A DNA stretch of 64,000 bases from IMG/VR virus record IMGVR_UViG_3300009502_000047, positions 2,241 to 66,240 of that record; one strand, 5' to 3'. Below, one piece after another: positions 40,037 to 50,263 of this stretch (positions are counted from its first letter, which is position 1; each line of letters starts with the position of its first letter). The DNA is from a virus. Its lineage: Duplodnaviria; Caudoviricetes. The notes beneath the pieces were generated by a model. The model was not told the origin of the DNA. It saw nothing but the letters and a program-made list of their open reading frames with translations, and did no database searches. Both the position numbers and the translations under genes were made by a program.

Positions 40037-41172
40037 CATGAAAAGATGTAAGAAATGTGGTATATTTTTACGTTCTGATAATAAATCAGGTGTATGTTAT
40101 ATTTGTCAGACAGGTATATCATTTGCCAGACGAAAGACGACTGATGCTGAACAACTAAAAGCCAAGGACTTTTTAATATCCAATAACTTTCCGTCAACTG
40201 TCCATCGTGATGATATTGTTGACTTAATTTGTCCACATAACATCTACAAAAACAGTAAAAGTCTGGATAAAGAAGAAGTTAGATTAATCAGACGAACAGT
40301 TTCCTATGTTCTGAAAGAACATGGCTATACCAAGTCAAATAGCAGAGGAACAATATGGAGCAATGCAAGACTTGCAGATACAACCTGCTAATCGAACCCA
40401 TATCTCACACCGAGATTTGCCTATTAACCAAAAAAGCATCACCATGCTTCAAGACAGTAATCTACACCCTATGCAAAGAAGTAATCAACTGTCCATTAGA
40501 AGAAATGGAGTTAGGATTTATATGAAATCTATGGTATTAACAATATTCCAAGAACTCTACGAGCAAGGCAGCATTGATGCTAATGACCCCTACTTAATCG
40601 AGGCTTTCCAATGAAAGATGAAGTAGCATGTTCATGTTGTAAGAAACTTATTAAACCAGATGACCTGGTCTTCATTCTCAAAGGCCACACATTCATTTGT
40701 TGTAGCCTTGGATGTCTAATCAACGTCTATGGCATAAACGTACGGACAATGAAATTAAAGGACTTCGCCCACAAATGTCACAAGTATAAGGAGATGATTA
40801 AAGAATATGACAAATCTAATTAATTGCACAGCACACAACATCGTTTTATTTATCAAAGAAAACGAGAAGATAACCATCAAACCTTCAGGATACCGAAGCA
40901 GAATAACTTACGATCAGTATTTTGAAGATAACATCGAAGTCAATGACGTTGATATCCCCATCTATATAAATTCCTATAACCATCACAGTGGCTTACCACC
41001 GCCTGAAAAGGATACTCTTTGTATCGTCTCAATGATGGCTGCCTGTGAATTAGCTAACATACGTGATGACTTAATAGTGCCCAATACAGCCCCAACAGCC
41101 TGTATACGTGACGAATACGGAAACATAAAGGGTGTCTCATCCTTCTTAAAGATTACAGGGAGATAGATAATC

Positions 41173-41928
41173 ATGACCTTAAACTTCATTATATCTGATG
41201 TCCATTTGATGTCAGATACATCAAAAGAAAAACAACAGTTAATAATAACCTTTTACGATTATGTAAAAGAAAATGGTCATCAACTAATTAACCTAGGTGA
41301 CTACTTTGATTTCTGGAGATCAAATAACACAGATTGCATCATCCACAATGTAAATGTAATTGAAACTGAACCTGTAGATGCCATCTACATTATAGGTAAT
41401 CACGATTACCTTGGAGATTCCTTTGGATATTATAGATACAAAACAAAGGATAAGATAATTTATACACATGGCTGTGAACTTGATGTTGTAGCCAACATGG
41501 AAGGTTTATCCTACTACAATTACATGAGGATAGCCAAGAGGTTGTCAGCCAATGGAACTGCAGTTGGCTCTGTTTTATCTACCATGTGGAATTTCTCTGA
41601 TTATGCTGGTAAAATATGGAGGTTTACCCGAAATCACGGAGACTGGGACAACGACATCACCCGCATTGAGCAACTGGTAGCCAACAACCTATCCCATAAG
41701 TTATGTCGTAATATCCCCCGTGACTTCTATGTCTTCTTTGGTCATACCCACCGACAGTATGTAGGGCCATATGGTGCAAACCCCGGAGCATTCCCCGATT
41801 ACCTAATCTATAACGATGAATCTAAATTAATTACATTAAAGACTTGGAGAGGATTTTATGAGGACAATAAAAATAACTTTAGCCCTCGCACTATTACTAA
41901 TCAGCCTGTTGATATCCCCAGCAGTTAG
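41173..41928 (+). CDS. Calcineurin-like metallophosphoesterase
   Basis: SDVH, GDYFD, GNHD, THG, GHTH motifs. Confidence 0.9.
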   Translation: MTLNFIISDVHLMSDTSKEKQQLIITFYDYVKENGHQLINLGDYFDFWRSNNTDCIIHNVNVIETEPVDAIYIIGNHDYLGDSFGYYRYKTKDKIIYTHGCELDVVANMEGLSYYNYMRIAKRLSANGTAVGSVLSTMWNFSDYAGKIWRFTRNHGDWDNDITRIEQLVANNLSHKLCRNIPRDFYVFFGHTHRQYVGPYGANPGAFPDYLIYNDESKLITLKTWRGFYEDNKNNFSPRTITNQPVDIPSS

Positions 41929-42496
41929 CTCAATGACCAGTTGTGAGAAGGCTAGTAACAACCCATCAGATATGGTGGCATTAGGAGACTGTAACTGGGA
42001 AAACCACAATGTTGAGGGAGCAGAAGATGCTTATAGCCAGACATCTGGAGTAACTTACCTGGCCAAGATGGGAGAGGTTAAACTTAAAACAGGAGATTAT
42101 AAAGAAGGCAGACGTATGCTCTTACTTTCAGAGCAGTGGGAGACTCTATGTGCCTATGAGTACAACAATGATTACAAGAGAGAAGCAGCAGATGACTGCA
42201 TTCAGATGGGGCCTAATGATAGGGCTGTATTTGCCAATGTAGACAGTGGTCAGTGTGACAGAGCAATTGACCTAGTTAAAAACTATGGTTACTGTGCTGA
42301 AGAGTCTTATTGCAGAGATTATGCCTATGCCTGTAAAGCATATGATAGACCCTTGTTACCCTACGCAACAGACAAAGTTGACTGGCCTCGTATAATCGTA
42401 ATGATATTAGTTCTCTTTATTATCATTGGATTACCAACAGTAGTTATCTTGGGAACATGGGATGTTAAGAGAAAACAGAGGAGAGATAAGAAATGA
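41858..42496 (+). CDS. Exported, C-terminally anchored Cys-rich TPR-like membrane protein
   Basis: Signal peptide, TPR-like helices, C-terminal TM followed by basic tail. Confidence 0.7.
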   Translation: MRTIKITLALALLLISLLISPAVSSMTSCEKASNNPSDMVALGDCNWENHNVEGAEDAYSQTSGVTYLAKMGEVKLKTGDYKEGRRMLLLSEQWETLCAYEYNNDYKREAADDCIQMGPNDRAVFANVDSGQCDRAIDLVKNYGYCAEESYCRDYAYACKAYDRPLLPYATDKVDWPRIIVMILVLFIIIGLPTVVILGTWDVKRKQRRDKK

Positions 42497-43040
42497 AAGA
42501 GGTAGTTGCTAATCAATTTGCAAACAAAGACATTTATCAGAAGGTAACAGATTATCTGGAAAGACACAATTATCCTAGGCTGGTCAATCGTGACAGCCTA
42601 ATTATCTCTGTGTTCCCAGAAGCTTTCCCTGATAAGTGGTCGCAGCGCAATATGAAGATAATCAGGAAGTTTAGGAAGTCAACTTCCCTCTCCCTTATAT
42701 ATCACAAGTATACAAGGGATAATAGCATTGGAAGTATATACAGGAGATATAATGGATGATTTTCAAATTGAGTGCATAACAACGTCTGTTATAGAGAAAT
42801 TAAGTAAGTATCCATTAACCAAAATGGTTAAGCAGGATGTACTTACGAAGACTTACCAACTTATAAATGAAACTCTCAAAGAGTGGAGGTAACCAAAGTG
42901 TAATATAGTTTCAGAGTCCATAGAAGTATGGTGGTTTGTTATACTATATACCTCAAGTTATGTCTTGTGTATCTCTAACAAACCAGCTATTTCTTGACGA
43001 AATTAATACAGGGGTCTTAGTTCCACCACCACCCCTGTAT

Positions 43041-43050
43041 ACCTTTATAT
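43041..43050 (+). promoter_or_regulatory. TATA box of the replication operon (ACCTTTATAT)
   Basis: About 26 nt before ATG 43076 (leaderless spacing); preceded by hairpin atacagggg/cccctgtat. Confidence 0.6.
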
Positions 43051-43602
43051 TGGTTCGCTTGGTATGTATATATATATGAGTGACACCAATCTCCGCGAAA
43101 TATATACTTACTTTGTCGAAGAAGAAAAGAAACGTGTCGCTATGGGTAATAAAGCCGATACTATAAGAACTTTTGTTAAGTTATTATCAGCACAGTTTAA
43201 TGAAACTAAATTGGTCAGGTCGGCTACATGGCACGCACTGAAGAACAAACATGAAGAAAAAAACATCACCCAAAGTTATTTTGGACATGTTGTATCTGAA
43301 GAGTGGGAGACAATTTGTGATAAGGATGGCGTGATATGGATAGATCTAACAAGACCACGGAGAAGAAAGTGAAACCTCTATTAACAGTAAGCAACTTAAG
43401 CAGACTTAAGTCACCTCATATTATCTCTACCTTCCTATCTTCGCCGTATGCAAATTCATCAGTTAACATAGAGGTAACAGGGCGACAAAAACGGAATGTT
43501 TACATCGCTTTACATCAATACCTAAAGATACACCCTAATATCCCTGTAGAAGTCAACATGATAGAGGGTACTATTGTTTTATCTAAGAGGTAAGACAATC
43601 AA

Positions 43603-43848
43603 ATGACTTTAGGTGATAATATCATCCAGTTCTATGAGAACAACTGGAAGGATGATGAATTCTATACCATAAGTGACTTCGTTAAGATCTTTGATGCTAA
43701 TAGACATGCTATTCGACACCATCTAATTAGAATGGTAAAGAAAGGCCACCTATTCAGAATCAAATATGAAAGATATACATGGTATGGAAAGTCTATGCAC
43801 CTTGAGGTGTTTAGACGATTTGAAATAATTGGAGTTGAACTCGAATGA
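43603..43848 (+). CDS. Winged-helix DNA-binding protein
   Basis: YTISDFVKIFDANRHAIRHHLIRMVKKGHL. Confidence 0.6.
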   Translation: MTLGDNIIQFYENNWKDDEFYTISDFVKIFDANRHAIRHHLIRMVKKGHLFRIKYERYTWYGKSMHLEVFRRFEIIGVELE

Positions 43849-43913
43849 AAGTACAAAAGGTATCTACATCAAGCCTTGAGAGTTACTCCCCAAGACAACA
43901 GGAAGAAACCAAC

Positions 43914-44873
43914 ATGACAGCAGACTACGTAAAACTTTTAAACGATGCCGGAATTGAGAATGCAGAAGAAGTTGTCGAGAAGATAACTGCAAAGGTAAAT
44001 GAAGCATGTAAAGGAGAAAAACCTGATTTCATTGCTGCAGCTCTTGATACCAAAATTAAACAGTATGCAAGCAAGCCAAAAGGAGATAGATTTAGTGGTA
44101 TACTTGTAGCACTCGGAGACATCAAAGATACCAACCAATACTCAAAGAACATGGCAATCAAAGCCTACAATGACAACCCGACAGTTGCACTCCGTAAGAA
44201 GATGGTTCAGGTTGTATCGGGAGAAGTAATCCCCCTTGATGACAAGAAATTCTTTGATAAGGCAGGTAAGAATCCAAATCCTAACTATGGCAAACCCCTG
44301 AAAACCAGACTCTCACGTAGTGGTATTCTCCTAACCGAAGATAATAACCTAATCAATGTCTATGGAGACTTTGATGCTCAACTTGGTGCCTACGTTACCT
44401 TAACAGGCAACTACAACAAAGACAAAAATATCATCAACGTTAACACCAATGGTTGCAAACTTGGAGACGAAGTAGACCCAAGTGATGTATGGAAGACCTT
44501 ATTTGCAGCAGGCAAGAAGTCATCTGTGGCAGTATCCCTAAGCAAAGTCTTTGGTCTCAAGAATAACACAGTCTTCATGACTACAGGGGTAGTAGCAGCA
44601 AGCCGGGAGACTTCAAACGGTGGTGCTATGCTCAATATCTCTGACGAAACAGTAGATGAAGAGTTAACTGCATTCAGTGATTCAGAAGAAGTTAAAGATA
44701 ACATGCTCAATGTTGCACCCGGTAACCAAGTAATAATCATTGGACGCACCAAATCCTACGTCAACAGGCGTGGTGACGATGTTTTCAACGCAGTTATCAC
44801 AGGAGTAACTGTTAATCCAGAGAGTAGTAAACTTGCTGACACCCTGAAGGACATAGATATCGATGATATCTAA
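43914..44873 (+). CDS. Putative OB-fold ssDNA-binding protein (RPA-like)
   Basis: OB-like C-terminal region (TTGVV...PGNQVIIIGR), acidic tail, next to a Sak4-like ATPase. Confidence 0.6.
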   Translation: MTADYVKLLNDAGIENAEEVVEKITAKVNEACKGEKPDFIAAALDTKIKQYASKPKGDRFSGILVALGDIKDTNQYSKNMAIKAYNDNPTVALRKKMVQVVSGEVIPLDDKKFFDKAGKNPNPNYGKPLKTRLSRSGILLTEDNNLINVYGDFDAQLGAYVTLTGNYNKDKNIINVNTNGCKLGDEVDPSDVWKTLFAAGKKSSVAVSLSKVFGLKNNTVFMTTGVVAASRETSNGGAMLNISDETVDEELTAFSDSEEVKDNMLNVAPGNQVIIIGRTKSYVNRRGDDVFNAVITGVTVNPESSKLADTLKDIDIDDI

Positions 44874-44986
44874 GGATAAAATTTTATCCTTTCTAAATTC
44901 CAGATTAGATTGTATGCTGGGCACAGAAATGAAGGCATTTACAAAGAACTTAATTCATAAAATCGAAGAAGGAGACTTTAACTACA

Positions 44987-45781
44987 ATGGCATTCGGAGC
45001 GAAGAAGACAACAGTTGACAACGAAGTACCCTCTGTCAACCTATTAGACATCTTTAAACCATCAATTGACTTGGAAGTTGTACCAGCCCTGCACATGGCT
45101 ATCTATGGACGGGCCAAGACAGGAAAATCATGGTTTAGCCTGACAGCAAAGCCACCCATCTACATAATAGATACCGAAGGAAGCATCAAAATCAACATCA
45201 AAAGTTTCCCAGAGGAAATCCGTAACCAAATATTTATAGCAGAAGTCTTACTGGCAGCCGACAAGCTAAACAGAAAGATTGACTTAACCAAGTCCTTACA
45301 AGCACTAACAGATGCAATTGACTTAATCACTACCCACACCATGTCTCAAGATATCACAGGGACAATAGTGATTGACTCAGCAACCGACATCTGGGACTGG
45401 CTTGGCATCTGGCTTGAAGATGGACTCGGCAAGGGCGAAGGTGACCGCATCAACCGCCTAGAGTGGGGTAAAGCTAACAAACGATACACCCAGCTAATGT
45501 ATATGTTACTTAGGTCTAACTGGAATGTAATCATGACCTTCAGAGCAGCCCCAGCCGTAGACAACAAAGGCAGTGACCTAGGCTACGACAAAGCAAGATG
45601 GCAGAAAAACTCTGAATACTGGTTTGACTTAATAGCCGAGATTACCCGAGAAGGTAGCGATCACATAATCCAGACGACTGGTGGGAGATTCGGAGATGAG
45701 ACTTTAGACTTTACCAATGCAACATGGACAGAAGTAAGAGATGAGATATCCAGTAAATCAGGAGTGAAATTTATTACATGA
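44987..45781 (+). CDS. AAA_24 / Sak4-like ATPase (recombination)
   Basis: IYGRAKTGKS, IDTEG, IVIDSAT. Confidence 0.8.
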   Translation: MAFGAKKTTVDNEVPSVNLLDIFKPSIDLEVVPALHMAIYGRAKTGKSWFSLTAKPPIYIIDTEGSIKINIKSFPEEIRNQIFIAEVLLAADKLNRKIDLTKSLQALTDAIDLITTHTMSQDITGTIVIDSATDIWDWLGIWLEDGLGKGEGDRINRLEWGKANKRYTQLMYMLLRSNWNVIMTFRAAPAVDNKGSDLGYDKARWQKNSEYWFDLIAEITREGSDHIIQTTGGRFGDETLDFTNATWTEVRDEISSKSGVKFIT

Positions 45782-46089
45782 CAGCATTTGCAGGAGATAA
45801 CGATGATAAACCTCAACGACTTCAAAAGAAATCAGAGAGACAATCCTTTGCTTTTATACTTGAAAAAATCAGGGATTATATAGATGCTAAAGATGGTGTC
45901 TATAAAAAAGACCCCATGTATAAAATAGACATTGAAGATGCTTTATCCCAATTAAAAATAAAGGCAATACGTGCCCAACTGGTAGTCCACAAGGCCAAAC
46001 TCGAAGATGAGCTTATGGACTGTGTTATCTACAGCATCTTAATTATGGAGCGGTTATCCAAAGATGAGAGATACTTTAATGAACAGTAG
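45778..46089 (+). CDS. DUF1599/Nmad1-like all-alpha protein
   Basis: K..VY...K..R...EDELMDCVIYSI pattern. Confidence 0.45.
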   Translation: MTAFAGDNDDKPQRLQKKSERQSFAFILEKIRDYIDAKDGVYKKDPMYKIDIEDALSQLKIKAIRAQLVVHKAKLEDELMDCVIYSILIMERLSKDERYFNEQ

Positions 46090-46100
46090 GTGGTTTTACT

Positions 46101-46739
46101 CTGAAGTTTATTCCCTTCATAAGAAAAGGAGACCACGTTAATGTACTCAAACGAGCAAATTTCGATTCTATATGTCTGGGAGATGAACTTTGGGATGAGT
46201 CGGACAGTAGGGATGCCATCTCCTCCATCACATGGGATACAGTTGTCATCATGCGAAAACAACAATCCTTTAAGTATTGTACCGAGATAGCCGAGTGTTT
46301 AACAGCAAAACACATTTTTATATTAACAAAACCCGGTCACACAGATGATTTACCTCACATAGGTGAGAACTACGAGGCTGCCTTCCTACTAAAATTAAAT
46401 AGTAAAGTTACCTTGGAAGACTTAAAGGATGTAGCCAAGGAATGGCGAAGCTCCCGAGTACCCTACTTTATATGCAGTAACCATGCACCCGGCTTAGTTG
46501 AATACCTAAATCTAGGCAAGTACAACTATCTAATGACCAGATTCCAGAGCAATAATGTCCTCGACATAATAAACTTACGAGCCAGCAAGATAAGTGCAGT
46601 AATATCCGAGATAGTAACGTATGACCCCAAAGACATGATATTACAAAGTCTTGCTTACAAAGACAACTTATCTTCCTATGATATCAAAGGACTAATTGAT
46701 GTCAGACACATCTGCGAGCGTGGTTTCAATGGTGGATGA
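46101..46739 (+). CDS. Hypothetical protein, probable CTG start
   Basis: Frame of 46251..46739 is open back to 46083; AGGTGG RBS 7 nt before CTG 46101. Confidence 0.55.
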   Translation: MKFIPFIRKGDHVNVLKRANFDSICLGDELWDESDSRDAISSITWDTVVIMRKQQSFKYCTEIAECLTAKHIFILTKPGHTDDLPHIGENYEAAFLLKLNSKVTLEDLKDVAKEWRSSRVPYFICSNHAPGLVEYLNLGKYNYLMTRFQSNNVLDIINLRASKISAVISEIVTYDPKDMILQSLAYKDNLSSYDIKGLIDVRHICERGFNGG

Positions 46740-49700
46740 CAATGACTCCATATTTATCTGGGAGGATTCCACCTATAAGTTGGATAGAGGAAAACCCATA
46801 ATTTATATTTATGGACGGAATTACCATGACCCAACCATCACCCGAGAATTCAAAGTCAAAGGTTTCAAACCCTATTTCTACGTACCAGACGACACTGCTG
46901 TCATTCTACCCTCAGTTACTTTCAGAGGAGAAGTCAGACAGGATGCCCTTGGGCGTAAAGTACGGAAAGTCTACACAGGTATGCCATCTGACGTCTCAAG
47001 ATTGCGAGAGTTGTATGAATGGACAGACGAAGCCGACATCCTCTTCGATAAGCGCTTCGTCATTGATAAAAAAATCAACTATTCCTTCAGAGTATCAGAG
47101 AGTGATGAACTTACACCCGTCACAGTCGAAACTCCTCTAATCCCAAGAGTTTGTTTTTTCGACATTGAAGTCAGGGCACCCTACGGTATAGTCCCACTCC
47201 CTGACTTTGCCAATTATCCCATAGTCACTATCCAGTGCATGGACAGCTACACGAAGAAGATAACCATATTTACTATCGACATGCCCAAGATAGCAGATGA
47301 CCAAGTAGCCTGCAAAGACGAACGTGAGTTACTAAAGTCCTTTTCCACATACGTAAGCCACATGGACTTTGATAGTCTATCAGGATGGTGGAGCAATGCC
47401 TATGATTTACCATACATCATCCATAGAGCTAAAAATCTAAACCAAGGAATAACCAGTTTATCTCGTCTTGGTGTACAACCTACCTGCAAACCCATCGAAG
47501 GTAGCCGTGAGTATTTTGTAAAGATAACAGGCAGACAGTGTCTTGACATGCTCGCAGCCTACAAGAAGATATCAGCTGGCAAATCTGAACTAGATGACTA
47601 CGGCCTTAAAACAGTTTCCAAATCCTATGGTTTTGCCTACACAGACTACGGTGCCAACATTGATGAGCTATATAACAGTGGTAAATATGAAACTTTACTA
47701 GAGTACTGTCGTAACGATGTTCGTGCCCTAGACATAATAGATACCAAAGAAGGTATGTTTGAATTCTTTGAAGGAATGAGACATGTAGCAGGCATTAAAC
47801 TAGAAGAGACCCTAATGAACTCCCGAGTTATCGAGAGTTTAATCATGCGAAATGGCATCAAACCAATGCCCACCAAACGACATGTCACTACAGGAATAGA
47901 GAAATTTGAAGGTGCCTTGGTAGTAGACCCAATCATCGGCCTACACTCCAACGTAGGTACCTTTGATGCTACTGCCTTATACCCAACCATCATGCTTGGT
48001 CTCAACATCAGTCCCGATATAGATGGAATCGTAGTCAAAACCCTCTCAATAGCAGTAGATGAACGTGAGAAGCTGAGGAAGTATCGTAATGAAACTGGTG
48101 ATAACTCCAAGAAGTCTAAAGAAAACATCTGGAAGTTTATTGCCAACAGTTTCTACGGAGTCATAGGCTGGGATAAATTTCGATTATACAATGTCGAACA
48201 GGCTGCCTTGGTTACAAAGACTGGACGAGACCTAAATGTCTTCCTACAGACCTGTGCAGTTGATAAGGGTAAGACTGTTGTTGCTGGTGATAGTATAATA
48301 GGATCAACTAAAGTTTCAATTAATGGTAAATTAATTCCAATTGAACAATTGTTTACCAATGTTTCATATTCATGCCCAAATGGTAAAGAATATTGTAAAC
48401 TAACAGATACTTATGCAGATACTATTGATTCAAATGGAAATCATAGAATATCTAATGTGCCCTATGTTATGAGGCATAAAACAAATAAAAAACTCTATAA
48501 AATATCATTTAACAACACACAATCTCTAACTGTCACCGAAGATCATTGTATATTTGGTTTATTAAATAAATCAATTATATGTGTAGAACCTATTGAATTA
48601 GGTAAAACAGTTAAATCACTTATTTATCAAAAACATCAATTATCTACATCTCTTATATCCAGCAATTATCCTATTGAGTTAGTAAAGTTATTGGGATATT
48701 ATGTAGGAAATGGATGTATAGATTATAAAAAAGAAAAACCCATTGGTATAATGATTGCAACTGGAAATGATACAGATGAAATACTAAAAAAAATAATAAA
48801 TCCTCTTATTAACTTGGGATTTATAGATAGAGTTGCAATAAAAAATAATAAAGGTGACATCAGGATATATGGTAAGATTACCTCTTTAATATATAATTTA
48901 TTTGGACAATCCAAACATGTAATACCTGATTTTATATGGGAAGATACCTGTGAAAATAAAGCAGCATTTATTAGTGGATTTTTTAGTGCAGATGGTACTG
49001 TATTATCACGTAATAACAAACCAATTATACGTGCTACTCAAATTAATCAGGAATTCCTAATTAATTTACAGAATCTACTTTTACATGTAGGTATTTCATC
49101 TACAGTATTTAGAGATAATACCCCAAATTCTTATAAGGGTAAAACATCAGGTACCATAAATTATATATTATATATTAAAGATACATCTGATTTTACATCT
49201 AATGTACAATTTATCCAAGAACGTAAAAATAAAAAGACATTAAATTGTACACTAACTAATCGTAATTATTCATTGGTAACAATAAAATCAATAGAGATGA
49301 TTGACAATTATAACGATTATGTATATGATATAGAAGTTAAAGATACCCATAGATTTTTTGCTAATTTTATATTAGTACATAATACTGACTCTGTACTCGT
49401 AAAACCTATTAACTCTGCAGATGAAGGTTTACAACTTCAGCAGTTCATGAATGATCAGCTTCGGGACATCTTCACTCCTAGTATCAACTCCACCCATATC
49501 TTCACTGTAAAATTTGAGAAGTTATATTCCAGAATATTCTTCAAAACAACAGTCAATTCAAAGAAAGCAGCTAAGAAGAGATATGCAGGTCAAGTAGTGT
49601 GGGATGAAGGAGTTACATGTAACAAACTATCATTCTCTGGCAACGAGCTAAAAAGAAGTGATCAGGCAATCTTATCCAAGAGAATAGTTAAGTCCTTTTT

Positions 49701-50097
49701 AGATACACTTCTCATGGAAGGTGATGTAGATAAAGCAGTTAATCTAGTCCGTAAAGCCTATCAGGATGTATCATCAGGTAGTATCTCAGTCCATGACATC
49801 TCAATACCTAGAGACATCAAAGCATCTAATCACAATGATCCATGGAGCCGTGGTCTAAAAGTCTTAAACGAAGAGTACCATGAGACAATACCAGCTGGTG
49901 TTAAGCCCCGTGTATTATATCTTCTCCATGACAAAACTGTAGTCATACATCCCGAATTAAATCTATCTGGTCTCCAGATTGACTACAAATTAACTGCCAA
50001 CAAAGTCATTGAAAAGAAAATGAAGTCCTACATAGAATCTTTAGGATACACATGGAATAACATAGTCCATGGACAAAAAAATCTATTCGACTTTTAA
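46729..50097 (+). CDS. polB: Family B DNA polymerase with intein
   Basis: Exo FDIE and YCRND; Pol A DATALYPT; B KFIANSFYG; C AGD/TDS; KKRYAG. Confidence 0.95.
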   Translation: MVDDNDSIFIWEDSTYKLDRGKPIIYIYGRNYHDPTITREFKVKGFKPYFYVPDDTAVILPSVTFRGEVRQDALGRKVRKVYTGMPSDVSRLRELYEWTDEADILFDKRFVIDKKINYSFRVSESDELTPVTVETPLIPRVCFFDIEVRAPYGIVPLPDFANYPIVTIQCMDSYTKKITIFTIDMPKIADDQVACKDERELLKSFSTYVSHMDFDSLSGWWSNAYDLPYIIHRAKNLNQGITSLSRLGVQPTCKPIEGSREYFVKITGRQCLDMLAAYKKISAGKSELDDYGLKTVSKSYGFAYTDYGANIDELYNSGKYETLLEYCRNDVRALDIIDTKEGMFEFFEGMRHVAGIKLEETLMNSRVIESLIMRNGIKPMPTKRHVTTGIEKFEGALVVDPIIGLHSNVGTFDATALYPTIMLGLNISPDIDGIVVKTLSIAVDEREKLRKYRNETGDNSKKSKENIWKFIANSFYGVIGWDKFRLYNVEQAALVTKTGRDLNVFLQTCAVDKGKTVVAGDSIIGSTKVSINGKLIPIEQLFTNVSYSCPNGKEYCKLTDTYADTIDSNGNHRISNVPYVMRHKTNKKLYKISFNNTQSLTVTEDHCIFGLLNKSIICVEPIELGKTVKSLIYQKHQLSTSLISSNYPIELVKLLGYYVGNGCIDYKKEKPIGIMIATGNDTDEILKKIINPLINLGFIDRVAIKNNKGDIRIYGKITSLIYNLFGQSKHVIPDFIWEDTCENKAAFISGFFSADGTVLSRNNKPIIRATQINQEFLINLQNLLLHVGISSTVFRDNTPNSYKGKTSGTINYILYIKDTSDFTSNVQFIQERKNKKTLNCTLTNRNYSLVTIKSIEMIDNYNDYVYDIEVKDTHRFFANFILVHNTDSVLVKPINSADEGLQLQQFMNDQLRDIFTPSINSTHIFTVKFEKLYSRIFFKTTVNSKKAAKKRYAGQVVWDEGVTCNKLSFSGNELKRSDQAILSKRIVKSFLDTLLMEGDVDKAVNLVRKAYQDVSSGSISVHDISIPRDIKASNHNDPWSRGLKVLNEEYHETIPAGVKPRVLYLLHDKTVVIHPELNLSGLQIDYKLTANKVIEKKMKSYIESLGYTWNNIVHGQKNLFDF
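48292..49383 (+). mobile_element. Intein with LAGLIDADG endonuclease (364 aa) at the PolB motif C site
   Basis: Starts SIIGST, block B VTEDH, LLGYYVGNG and FISGFFSADG, ends ILVHN followed by Thr. Confidence 0.95.
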
Positions 50098-50263
50098 ATA
50101 AAGGAGATAAAATGTTACCTATGGCACCACTATGCCCTTACAGAAACTGGTCAGCGTGTTTACGAGACCTATGTATCGCCTATTACACAACCAAAAAGGT
50201 AAACAAAAATGCAGAACCCGACACCATAGTTCACTGCAAGTTTATCGACAAAGGAGTTAAGCC

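Noticed and set aside
46079-46141. Short ATG ORF that could frameshift into 46251..46739
   Set aside because: An in-frame CTG with a well-spaced RBS explains the region more simply
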